From the NCBI GenBank assembly GCA_964247055.1, contig OZ176051.1:10974001-11038000 (forward strand): a stretch of 64,000 nucleotides of DNA, read 5' to 3'. The notes below the pieces were generated by a model. It made no database searches, was not told where the DNA came from, and saw only the letters and a list, made by a program, of their open reading frames with translations. Shown here one piece after another: positions 1-11,950 of this stretch. The stretch is from Paragordius varius (lineage: Eukaryota; Animalia; Nematomorpha). How positions within the stretch are numbered: position 1 is the first letter of the stretch; each line of letters begins with the position of its first letter. The translations under genes were made by a program, and so were the position numbers.

Positions 1-465
1 AAAAAAAGCCTAACTCGAAAGAACGAAAACTAACAAAAAAAAATATAACCTATCTAAAAGCCGAAGGTTTAAACCATAGAATGCCTTTTTTAGTATTTTT
101 TTAAAATTTTTTTATACGTATTAAAAAATCTCTTGAAAGAAAAAGACTAAATTTTGACGTTTAAGTCCGTACTATTTTTTCTCTCTGATATTTAAATGAC
201 ATATTTATATTCAAAAGATAGATTTTAAAACGCTTTATTAAATGATACTAAGTTTATAATATAATAACATTTTATTATAAAGTTATATTTAATTTTCTCT
301 CGATTTTCGCTTGTTTTTGAAAAATTGAAAAACCTATAAAATTTCAAAATTCTGATTGGCGGGATCAAAATTTTTTTCAAATTCGGTTTTAAAACACTGA
401 AATTAGTCATAATTTAAAAAGTTTGAGTGGTGGTGCTCAAAAATGTCCAAATTTGTCGACTAGTG
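1..465 (+). mobile_element. Right-hand part of an interspersed DNA-transposon-like repeat (second copy at ~37140-37543)
   Basis: Bases 1-465 align by eye with ~37140-37543. Both end in GGTGGTGCTC.AAAA.GTCCAAATTTGTCGA.TAGTG followed by TT, and similarity stops there. The left end lies outside the window. Confidence 0.6.
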
Positions 466-1589
466 TTAGTCAAAGATGTGCCAAACAGCTGATTATCAAT
501 ATATAAATGAGGTATGTAGAGAAAAATCCAAATATATATTACAGCCACAAAAATGGTATGATATAACCTTTGGGATTATGCTAATTTTGTCATATTAATT
601 ACCTAAAAGAAATTCTTATATCAATAATAATTTTAGATATTTTAATTTAAACATAAGAAATATCTGGCCCATCAAATTTTGTATACTTTATATACCAAAA
701 TCCAAATATTTTAAGCATGATATATTAAAATCTAAAATTATTTTAGATATTATTATTTAATATAGTAAAATTAAACATTTTATAAAGAAACGTTCTTAAA
801 TGTTACCGATGACAAAATATGCCAATGGTTACAATTAGATGGATTATACAATATCGTGGATGATTATTTATTTCAACAATTCCTAAGGTATTATAATCAT
901 AATAATTGTAATTTACGTATATTGTTCTTTTAGGAAAATGATGTTATAGTCAATATCAAAACAATATAATTTAAGTGAGGGAAAAAAACAAAATGGCGCC
1001 CAAAACATTTACAGTTTGAAAAATCCATAATAAAAAATCGGAGTTGATTGAAAATTAATTCTGAAGTTTATATAAAAAGATTAATTGATATTAGAGGCTT
1101 CTTCTTTGTGCAAATAATTTATTCAATTTCAAAGCATGACATATTGGGTAAACTTTAAATATGTTAAGTAAACATAAAATATAATAATAAAAATAAATTG
1201 CCGCATAATCGCAATTTTAAACATTTTGCGTTCAGGTTTATCTCTCATGATAGATTTTAATTAATATAATATAGTTGACGCGTGTTCCTATATTGTAATT
1301 ATAAAAACTAAGATATCCTTTTTTAATTTGCATATCTCAATATTATTAATTAATGCTGGCCCTTTTACTTATTGGATAAGACTCAACATTTATTTTTTGA
1401 GGCACACAGTGGGATACTAAAAAATTATAAACAAACATTATTACAAATGATCCAAAATGATATCGTTTATTATTAAAATATTTATAACTTTCATACTACT
1501 AATATGGTAATAATCATTTATATTTTATCCAAATTAAAACAACGGCTTCAAATTAAAAGCATAAGTTTATTAAATATACAATTGACAGT

Positions 1590-1876
1590 TTAAATTTACC
1601 CTTAAAGAATTCAAATTCACCTTTGAACAATTCGAATTCATCCTCGAACAATTCAAATTGACTGGGTGTTTTTTAAGATTAAAAATTACCTTTATTTTAT
1701 AATATTTTTTGATATGAAATTCTGTTTAAAATATGCTTAAAAAATAATAAACTATGTCATGAAAATATATTTCATATTAATGATGAGTTATATTAGAAAA
1801 CACATAATTTATTTTTAGGGTGATTTGAATTGTTCAGGGGTGAATTTGAATTGTTTGATGGTGAATTTGAATTGTA
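1590..1876. repeat. Inverted arrays of a 21-bp unit (small foldback-like element)
   Basis: GAACAATTCAAATTCACC-type units at ~1590-1660 are mirrored by GGTGAATTTGAATTGTT units at ~1817-1876. Confidence 0.6.
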
Positions 1877-1908
1877 AATGGTCTCGCTTAATTTGATTTT
1901 AAATATTG

Positions 1909-1909
<1 letters not shown>

Positions 1910-1961
<52 letters not shown>
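1910..1961. repeat. (AT)n microsatellite
   Basis: Uninterrupted AT dinucleotide run. Confidence 0.95.
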
Positions 1962-1963
<2 letters not shown>

Positions 1964-2249
1964 AGGATTCCGTTATACAAATTAAATTTTGGTATAGTCA
2001 CAATGATTTTTGCCAATTTTACTTTGATACAAAATTCCAAAGCAGAAGGACATGAACTCATCTACAATATTTTCGAGGATTACAGAAGGATTTTAAATTA
2101 TGATTTATTTTTTCAAATTCTTGCAGAAGTTTAATATTTTTTAAAAAATTTCATAATTATCTTTTTTGAAATTATAAATATTATTTGATGGGATATACGA
2201 CCTCTCAAAAATTTTTAAGATATTAATATCCATAATAACCTGTTTGAGT

Positions 2250-2350
2250 AACTTGGTATTTCATTTTGAATGTTAACAATAAACTTTTAAGATTTTACGA
2301 ACTGGTATTTCATTTTAAGTGTTAACAATAAACTATTAAGATTTTACGAA
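2250..2350. repeat. Tandem duplication of ~50 bp
   Basis: AAC(T)TGGTATTTCATTTT..TGTTAACAATAAACT.TTAAGATTTTACGAAC occurs twice in succession. Confidence 0.8.
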
Positions 2351-3961
2351 CTAAAATAGTTTATAATTAATAGAACAACGTGGTAGACTTTGAAAATAAT
2401 TATTTTAAAAACTGTTTAAACAGTAAGGGGCAACTTCATATTTTTTAAAGAAGTTTAAAATACATATAATCATGATCCAAACGAATAATGTCATAAAGAA
2501 ATTTGAATAAGGGAAATTTATAGATCTAATAGAAGTTTGGTAATATCCATCATAATAATAATATACATAAATTACATAACCCTAAGTGCGCTTTAACTCT
2601 CTCGATTTTATGTTGTAACGCAAACTTTATAATCATGTTGAAAATAGATAATATTTAAAAATATGTTGCACACGAAGTAATAGAATCTAACACAGTGGAC
2701 CACAGTTTTAATTATATCCTAACTAATGAGGTATATCAGAACTCCAAAATTTCTGATTGTGATGGACTGACATTACTTCGATTAAGAAAATATTTATACT
2801 TGTGTGCTAATAGTTCCATATCGAAAAATCGCACAAATTACACATTGTCTTTGTGTTAAATGGGGAAGTTGGATGCTTCTTTCAAAAAATAGCCTAGTTA
2901 TAAGATTAAACGACATTTATAAAGCTACACAATACTTATATTAAATTTAAATATTTATTATATGTGTGTTTAGAGGGGCTCAAATGTGGACTCTTATAAA
3001 ATGAATAAAAATGAAAATATTCCAAGATAACAATATTTCATAAGTGATAGATCAGTAGTACTTAAAGGGGGGGAGGGGGCATGAGGTTCTAAAAGTGCTT
3101 TATTATTGTCTATGATTGCAAAAATTATTTTGATTTAATTATTGGAATATTATGTGCAAATGTGTCAAACAGCAAGAAATATTTATCCATTTATATGGTA
3201 GGTGCACGGCTGGCTCTTGAAATAAGAAAAATATTTTTTTAGAATTTTTTTTTGTTGTTTACCACTGAACTAAACATGACAATTATTTAAACGCCTTGTT
3301 TGAATAAATATATAATCTTAAGGAAAATTTATTGTACCATATTTTATTTTAACGGTGTTAACACACTTTCCCAATAATGATTTTATCTCTGTATTCAATA
3401 ATGAATATTTTTATTCGTAAGGATTATTATGGTTTGTAAATATAAGAATAAATAGTATTTTAACAGGAAAGCGAAATAATTTTTAATCGAAATTCGGTAG
3501 TGATAAAAATGTTTAAAATTATAAATTTATAAAAATGGCTTTTCAAATTTTAAGGCAAATATACATTTTATGGATTGATGTCATAATCTAGCTGTTAACG
3601 GAATCTCGGCATTCTTGGATATTTTATAATAGCTAGCCTATTTTACAAGGCTTCAAAATGTCCTAAATGGAATTAAAATAAAATATTGTGCTTTGAAAAA
3701 GATTTATGATATATGTTAAATGATTTGGATAAACATTTAACTTTTTCCAAAAAATTATTTTTTAGAATAATGTCTGATTTTGCGATTTTTTGATATGGAA
3801 GATTTTGCGACAAAATGGTATATTTTGAATTTTAAGGCCCAAACCTAAAGCACATAATATTAATGCCTTTTCTTTTATAATATTTTATCAGGATATTTTT
3901 ATACTGTTGTGCTCTGTATAGGATATAACTAATCAATATAATATATGTATTTTAGTATTAT

Positions 3962-4436
3962 ATGATTTTCGATTTGTTTGATGGAAAACAAATTACTATA
4001 ATGACGTTAGACATTCGTAACAGACAAGTCTTTAGCTATAGCTACAACAATACATGGGTAATATATTTTTATGATATAATCAAATAAATGATATTTAAAT
4101 AATTAAACATATTCATATCATTTATGTATTTAGTTAAAAGTTCGACAAGCCCATTATGTGTTAGATTTTATCCAATCCTATGAACAAATCGTTACCAAAC
4201 CCTTCCAAATTATTATGCAAGTTACAATATTAATACCCTACAATGCAAATAATACCAATACTTTTTTGAATGAGAGTAGTAATTCAAGAATCGATGATTT
4301 ACAACCTACATTATTCATAGATATAAGACCTAAATCCAAATATGCTATAATTTATGCAACACATAAAAGGTGTTTAAATGCAACGCCCTATGATGAAAGA
4401 GATTCAATTATGAATTATATTCAACGCTTGAATTAA
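3962..4436 (+). CDS. Putative orphan gene or 3' exons of an unidentified gene (~132 aa model)
   Basis: The model join(3962..4057,4134..4436) uses a phase-0 GT-AG intron and reads MIFDLFDGKQITIMTLDIRNRQVFSYSYNNTW|LKVRQAHYVLDF...IQRLN*. I recognise no family, and the 5' end is uncertain. Confidence 0.4.
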
Positions 4437-5299
4437 AATATATTTTCTGATGTATTTAATAAATGGTGTAGCTTAGTAATTATAAAATGTACAAATTTAT
4501 GATTAGCTAGTTTATGTTGTTAAGTTAAACATAACGAATATAAAATAATGATAATTTATTATAAAAAACTGCCTGTGTGCAAAAAAAGGGTTATTTTTTT
4601 TCATGACATAGCTTATGACCAGATTCATTTACCGCAAAAATACTTATTTGTTGACGACCTAGTTTTTATAATATTAAGAGGTAATTGAAATCAGTAAAAA
4701 TGGAAAATTATTGATAATTAAATTCAAAAAATATTTATAAAATTTTATTTTATGAGATATCTCCAATATATAAATAGCTTAAAATCAAATAGTTAGAGTT
4801 TTTCTCAGGTCAAAAGATGGCGTTCTTTTGACACCCTTGAAAGACATAAAAAAATTTGTAAAACTATATTATAATTTTATTATTTACTAGCTAAACTCAC
4901 TATTAAAATCTCAACATTCATTATTTAGTTAAAATAACTTATATATCGAAATAAAATTAAAAAATATTGTTTTTTATCTTTCTATTTTTTTCCGGTGTAT
5001 GAGTGTACAAAAAATTTATACTGTTTTATTTTGGAATCTTCCATGAGTGGGAATTAGAAAGTATATAATTAATGCAAAATAGAATTAAAAAATAATGGAA
5101 TATTGATAGATTTGAATATATCGATTTAGCTAACCTTAGACTAGACAAATTTCTATCATTTGAATACATTTTTGATGAGCTTTTATATTTGAATTAAACT
5201 ATTGTATCAATTTTGATTTAACCTGCACACGTTATTTTACCTTGTAACATGTAAATATTATCTTCACAAAATGTATATAAACACAGCAAACTTTATATA

Positions 5300-8156
5300 T
5301 ACCATTTTTCATGCAATATTTTTTCAACCAAATGCAACATTTTTTCAACCAAACGCAACTTTTTTTAAAGCAGAGACAACATTTTTTCAAGCAAACGCAA
5401 CATTTTATCAAGCAAAGACAACAATTTTTCAAGCAAACGCAACATTTTTTCAAGCAAACGCAACATTTTTTTAAAAAACATTTTTTTTATTTTAAGACAT
5501 ATTAAATTTAAAGTTAAAGCAAATTAATTTTAGCGTAGAATTATGATATTTGATTGATATTTGATTGATTTTCAAACATAATTTTGCACATAAATTGCAT
5601 TTTTATATTATTTTTTTCTTTTACAACAGTCTCACTTACTAAATACAACTTGCGCTTTAAGAGTGTCTTTGTAAGTTTAAAGTTCCTTTCATTTTTTGCA
5701 TTTGCAAACAACCGTTAAATAATCTATTTTTTAAATTTAAACTGATATTATTTATTAGTATTTAAATCAAAGATAATATTTTTATAGTAAAAACATCTTT
5801 GTTTGTTTCGAACTAATTTTCTTTAAATCAATATTAGGAATTTAATGTTTTAAACTAAATATTACGATTAATAACCCACAAATCCTAGATATTTGATAAT
5901 GTTAAATCTATATATTTATAAAAATGGAAAATGCTGGCTTTGTGATCTGGCACCGGAAAACCGGTAGACCCATTCAAATCCAAACATTGAAAAATTTAAT
6001 TATAAATGAATGCCCCAACAATAGCTTCGCCCTTTTTTTGGAATAGGCCCCCAGTTGGGGCCCACCCCGTGTGAAAAACGGGTTTTTTTAAAAAAACACA
6101 AGTCCACAAAAATCGTGTCTTTGAAACAATTTTCTGAAGAACGTGTTGAACCATTCAATTTCAAATATAATTTTTGATTACTTATTTTCGATTGCGTCGA
6201 ACATAGTCGTCTCGCTTTTTTGATTAAGGCCCTCTTTTTACCCGCTCCCCCGTAAAATGCCATTTTTTTCAAAAAACAAAATCCACAAAAATAATTTTTT
6301 AAATATTTTTCCCCCAAGTAAACAAAATATTAGTATGAATGCACCGTTTTAAAATTCCTATAAAATCATATAATGTTTCGAAATAATCCACATATGTGGA
6401 TCATTTTATTGTCCCTTATTTTAAATAGGCCCCCCAGAAGTCCGAAGGACTTCCTCGTGCTGCTACGCAGCACGAGATTTACGCTAGTTTTTTATAAAAA
6501 ATAATATGGATATACGGTTCTTATGAAAGAAATGGTATTCCCTTAAAAGTTTAGGTAAAATAAAGAAAATAGGTTAATGATGATAGGATAGATGAATATT
6601 ATATTGCTTAATAAAAGTTAGAATCAATATAAAAATATTGAAGGACCAATTTAAAGTGTTCTGGGACCAACATTAAATTTTCAAGGACAATCTTGAAGCG
6701 CAAAATGTATAGGCTGATTAGGTTAAACACAAATTGTAAAAGAAAAAAATAATTAATATACCATTTTTCATGCAAAAACATCATTATTTCAACCATGTGC
6801 AACATTTTTTCAACCAAACGCAACATTTTTTCAACCAAACGCAACATTTTTTTAAACAAAGACAACATTTTTTCAAGCAAACGCAACATTTTTTCAAGCA
6901 AAGACAACAATTTTTCAAGCAAACGCAACATTTTTTCAAGCAAAGACAACTATTTTTTCAACCAAAGACACATTTTTTCATCCAAACGCAACATTTTTTC
7001 AACCAAAGACAACATTTTTTCAAGCAAAAACAACAATTTATTTAAAAATTAAAAACCATTTTTTTTATTTTAAGACTAAATTTAAAATTAAAGTAAATTA
7101 ATTTTAGGTAGAATTATGATTTTTATTGTTTTATCATCAATATATGATGGCATACCATTTGCACTTCAAGAATGTCGATGAACACTTCAAGATGGTCCTT
7201 GATCACTTCAAGTTGATCCTTTGACTTTTTTGTTTTGTTTTTGACTTATCTCAATCAAATTGTATATCATTCATCTATTTTATCGTTTTTAACCTATTTT
7301 TTACTTTTTAGCATAAATTTTAAATCAATATCAACTTATAATCATTCATAAACCGTATATCTATATTATTTTTTTTATATTATGAAGAATTTAACACGTA
7401 ATTAAAACATATACAAGTTTTCTGTTATTATTTATAATATTTCATTGAAATCCATTAAAAGTTATTAATTTTGTTGAATTAAAATTAGTTTGAGACAAAA
7501 TAGGTGGTTTTTGAATAAAATTTTTTATTTTTATATGAATAAATATATTATAAAGAAAATTAAGTTAAAAAATAATAAATAAATAACAAATATTATGATT
7601 AAATTAAATTTTAAAATTATAAGGGCCAACTTGAAATGTTCAAGGACCAACTTGAAGTGTTCAAGGACGCTCTTGAAGTGCAAATAGTATATAATAAATA
7701 AAATAATTAAATTAAAGGCAAAATTAAAATGTTTGGAAATCATTTTACCATCAAATATTTTTAAAATAAAAGAATAAATACCATGATTCAACGTTAAAAT
7801 TTAACTAATCATTAACTTAAATTTAATAAATAATTATTGTTGTTTTTGCTTGAAAAAATGTTGTCTTTGGTTGAAAAAATGTTGCGTTTTCTTGAAAAAA
7901 TGTTGTCTTTGCTTAAAAAAATGTTGCGTTTTCTTGAAAAAATGTTGCGTTTGCTTGAAAAGTTGTTGTCTTTGCTTGAAAAAATGTTGCGTTTGCTTGA
8001 AAAAATGTTGCGTTTGCTTGAAAAAATGTTGCGTTAGCTTGAAAAATTGTTGTCTTTGCTTGAAAATATGTTGCGTTTGCTTGAAAAATTGTTGTCTTTG
8101 CTTGAACAAATGTTGCATTTGGTTGAAAAAATGATATTTTTGCATGAAAAATGGTA
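5300..8156. mobile_element. Foldback-type DNA element (composite) with modular TIR arms, inserted in the 5' LTR
   Basis: Perfect terminal IR TACCATTTTTCATGCAA / TTGCATGAAAAATGGTA with a TA duplication at 5298-5299 and 8157-8158. Removing it restores the sequence seen in the 3' LTR. The arms carry 21-bp CAAA(C/G)(G/A)CAACATTTTTTCAAG tandem units, and a second left end begins at 6759. Confidence 0.88.
5907..6487 (+). mobile_element. Non-autonomous Helitron (one internal unit)
   Basis: It starts with TC (TCTATATATTTATAAAAATGG) after A5906 and ends with CTAG before T6488. Two GC-rich hairpins (GAAGTCC-GAA-GGACTTC and CTCGTGCTGC-TAC-GCAGCACGAG) lie just upstream of the CTAG. Confidence 0.85.
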
Positions 8157-8259
8157 TAGATTAGTTTTTGTATATTTTCTCAATAAATATTATTGTTTTA
8201 CGGTTTCTAGATATACAACATTTGGCGCGGTGAATTTTTTTAACTCATTACATTCGCGC

Positions 8260-11200
8260 ATGGAGAAATTAAGTCTGGAAGCATATGATCCCGCAACTAG
8301 CTTTGATGATTATATTGATTATATAAATTGAATGTTATAAGTGAATAATTCAAGGACATGACGAAACAAAAAAACTTGTTATTGGCCTACATCGGTCTAT
8401 CCCATATTCCAAAGTTGAAGAAATTCTTTTATTCCGTACTCTTAGACGAAGTGGGGTGGGATGCTTTGGTAGCAGCTGGAAAAATATTTGCTCCGACATA
8501 CAATGTGTTTGCAGCCAGGTTTCAGTTTACACAACTCCGAAGGGAAGCCACGGAATCAGGAATGGATTATTTGATTCGGGTAAAGGAATTTGCGGCCCGG
8601 TGCAACTTTTGGCAAGATGAAATGCTAAGAATCAGAGAAGGGTTTGTTGGAGAGTTGCAACTCAAAAGATTGGAAATAGATCTATCCACAAAATTTCCAG
8701 ATGGAATGCTTGATGAGAAACCGGTTACGTTGGAGATGGTGGTAGAAATGGCAATGGCGTACGAAAAGGAGGACAGTTGTTTGATTGAACAGAGTGGCGA
8801 CAATTATCAGGTGATGATGATATGAAAAAAGTGGGGATACGTGCATGCGATCAACTGGTGTCCCGCTTCAAACAAAGAGTGTTACCGATGCAAAGAACGA
8901 GGTCATTTTGACAGGTGTTGCCGGCGTATAGTGAATTCTAACAATTATAATAATAAGGCCCGAACGCAAGCAAGTCTGAATGGCCATTGGGTGTGTTGTA
9001 TTATACCGGAGCTCAAATATCATTGATTGGGTAAAGCACGTGGATGGACATTGGAAGGCCGACCTTAGCACCTGCGGGTCCAATAGTTAAGTTCAACCAT
9101 CAAGGTGTAGAGGTGATGGGACAATGCGTGGTAGATGTGAAATGAAATGGTATGGTCAAACAGTTGGAATGTATGGTTACTAGGGAGGATTGGGGTAACA
9201 TTTTTGGGTTACTGTGGATCAAAAGCTTCCAATGTAGATTTTCAGAGGCTGTATGTCTTAAAAACGTTAGTTACGTGGATTTTAATAAATTTAAGGATTT
9301 GTTTTGTGAGGGTATTGGGTGTTACACGGGATCACATATCAAGTTGTTTCTCAAAAAAGGGAGTATCCTCAAAAAATTTGGAGCCAGGAGGGTACTTATC
9401 CCGCTTCAGTCTAAGATGGAGAGTGAATTAAAGAGGCCTAAAAGTCTGGGTATCATACAGTCCATAAACCCCTCGCAAACACGAATTGACTGAATAACTC
9501 GGTTGGTGATATTTAAAAAGAATGATAATGATATTCGCATATGTGGTGATTTTGTTACTGTTAACCCAAGTCTGGCTTGTCGTTCATTTGATTCCAACGT
9601 TTAATCAGTTAGTGTTCAAAATCGGGCAGGGAAAAGTTTCTACGATCCTAGATCTAAAAGAAGCTTACTGACAAATGCCGGTCCACCAAGATTATCAACA
9701 TTCACTCACGTTTAGTTCACATATAGGTCTTTTTCATTTAAGAGACTGCCGTTCGAAATATCTAGTGCACCCACGATATTTCAACAAATTATGTATGAGT
9801 TATTAAAAGATGGTCCAGGTACGGCGGTTTACTTAGATGATGTAATTGTTAGTGGAACAACGGTAATGGAACATATGGATAATTTAGAAAAATTAGCTGC
9901 TGTGGGTTTGAAATTATAAAAAGATAAAATCCAATTAGCTCGTTTCTCAGTGTCTTACTTATGATATATTATTTCAGAAAAAGGAATTAAACCTGATAAC
10001 GAAAAAGTAAAAGCAATTTTGAATTGTCCTACACCTACCAATACATCACTCCGGTCTTTTTTGGGAATCTTAATTTTTCACGCTCGTTTTATTCCATCTT
10101 TGCATGCTACAATCGTGGATTTACATGCGCGTACTGGTTGTAAGAGATGGTGTTGCTCAACAAAAGAAGAGATGGTTTTTGATAAAGCTAAACTGTTGGT
10201 GAGTAATGCGTTATGTTTAATACTGTTTAACCCGAACTTTCCGTTGGTGTTGGAAACAGACGCATCGAATGACGGATTTGGAGCAGTCTTATCACATATG
10301 ACAAGGGTTGAACGGCCGATAGCATTGGCGTCTCGAAAATGTGCGAAGGCAGAACAACATTTATCGGTGATTGAAAAAGAAGCAAGGGCAATTTTATATG
10401 GGCTAGAAAAATTTAAATTGTTTGTGTATGGCAGAAAGTTTGTATTATTAACTGATCATAAACCCCTAATCAAATTGTTTGGCTTTAAGAGATCTAAGTA
10501 ATATTAACAATATATAGTAAGATGGATACTTAGAACTGCCGATTATTATTTTAATATACAATATATTAATGGTTCGGAAAATTTAGCCGATTGGTTATCT
10601 CGTATACCGTATGAAGAACCAACTGAGGAAGTTGAGGAGCAAGCACCCAGGCAAATCATTTTAACAACAGACAAATTAAACGTTTAAGCGAATTAAAGAA
10701 AATACTTTACGGGATGAGTTTTTGATGACATTAAAAGCGAGTCTACATCATAATGTTTGGTCGGCTCCAATTTTAAATTTGATATTGAGTATAAGAAACG
10801 ATATACAAGAATCATATGGTTTGTTGTATTGGGGCGATCGTCTGTTTATTCCCAGGGCGTTGCGAAATGAAACGTTTAAATTTTTGCATGTTGGACATTC
10901 GGGGGCTAATGTAATGAAAGAATCGGCCAAGGCAAGAGTTTATTGGCCAGGTATAAACCAAGACATCGAGAATTATGTGAGATCTTGTAGGGGGTGTCAT
11001 TTAAACCGGAGTAACATAAAAAGTAATCCAACGTACAAATGGAATTTTAATACGGGTATCTGGGAAAGGATACATCTTGATATTGCCGGTCCTATAGATG
11101 GGTTGTATTGGTTAGTAGCTATCGATAGTAGCTCCAGATGGGTTTAAGTCGAATTGCTAAGAACTGTTAATTCTGCAAACATATTACATTGGTTAGAAAT

Positions 11201-11950
11201 TTGGTGTGTAAGGTACGGGTTTCCCCGAATGTTAGTTAATTACCGATAATGCATCATATTTTGCATAGAAGGATATTAAAGATACCTTGCAACGAGCAAA
11301 CATCAAACATGTCACTAGTGTCCCCTATCATCCACGAACAAATGGGCTGGTGGAAGGTGTCATTTACACCTTAAAAGCACACTATAAATCGCTAACGGAT
11401 TCTGAGCTGACTTCTGAGAAAAAATAAATCAAGTGTTATGGGGTTATCGCTCCGCCGTACATAGCGCCACAAAAGAGTGTCCGTATAACTTATTTCTGAA
11501 AAGAAATATTAATACCCCGTTCTCTTGGGTTAGGAAACACCCTCACAACAATTAGAGGATGACATTATACCCAATCAAGTTTTTAAACCGGAAGAAGTGT
11601 ACATAAAAAATGAAATCGATTCGGGGTGGAGAAAAGGTTCAATTTTGGAGAGAACAGGGATACTCTCGTACACGGTAAAAGATGGAAATTGAACCCTTCG
11701 CAAACATGCGGATCAATTACGGCCAACCGGTGTCGAGAACGGCGGACAGAAGGATGATAATTTAACGATAAACCAAACAGATGAAAGTATTAAAACCAAA
11801 AATCGGGAGGTGTAGGAGGAACAAAGCAAAGAAAAAAAACGAGAAAGACACCCAGGTTGAAATGAAAACGGAAAAGACAACTGAGATAGAACCTCAAAGG
11901 AGCTACTCTTAGGGAAAGAAAGGCACCAGATCGGCGCGGAATCGGATAAG
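8260..11950 (+). pseudogene. Gypsy gag-pol pseudogene
   Basis: Recognisable motifs are the gag start MEKLSLEAYDP, the CCHC knuckle CYRCKERGHFDRCC, RT AVYLDDVIV, RNase H ETDAS...EKEARAI...LLTDHKPL, and integrase H..H..VYWPGI..C..C and WERIHLDIAGP. Many stops and frameshifts interrupt the frame. Confidence 0.9.

Noticed and set aside
5232-8145. ORFs encoding Cys-rich (KKCCVCL), heptad-like (LLEKMLR) or QTQHFFK repeat proteins
   Set aside because: They are translations of the 21-bp foldback tandem unit, open in several frames on both strands, and are not genes.
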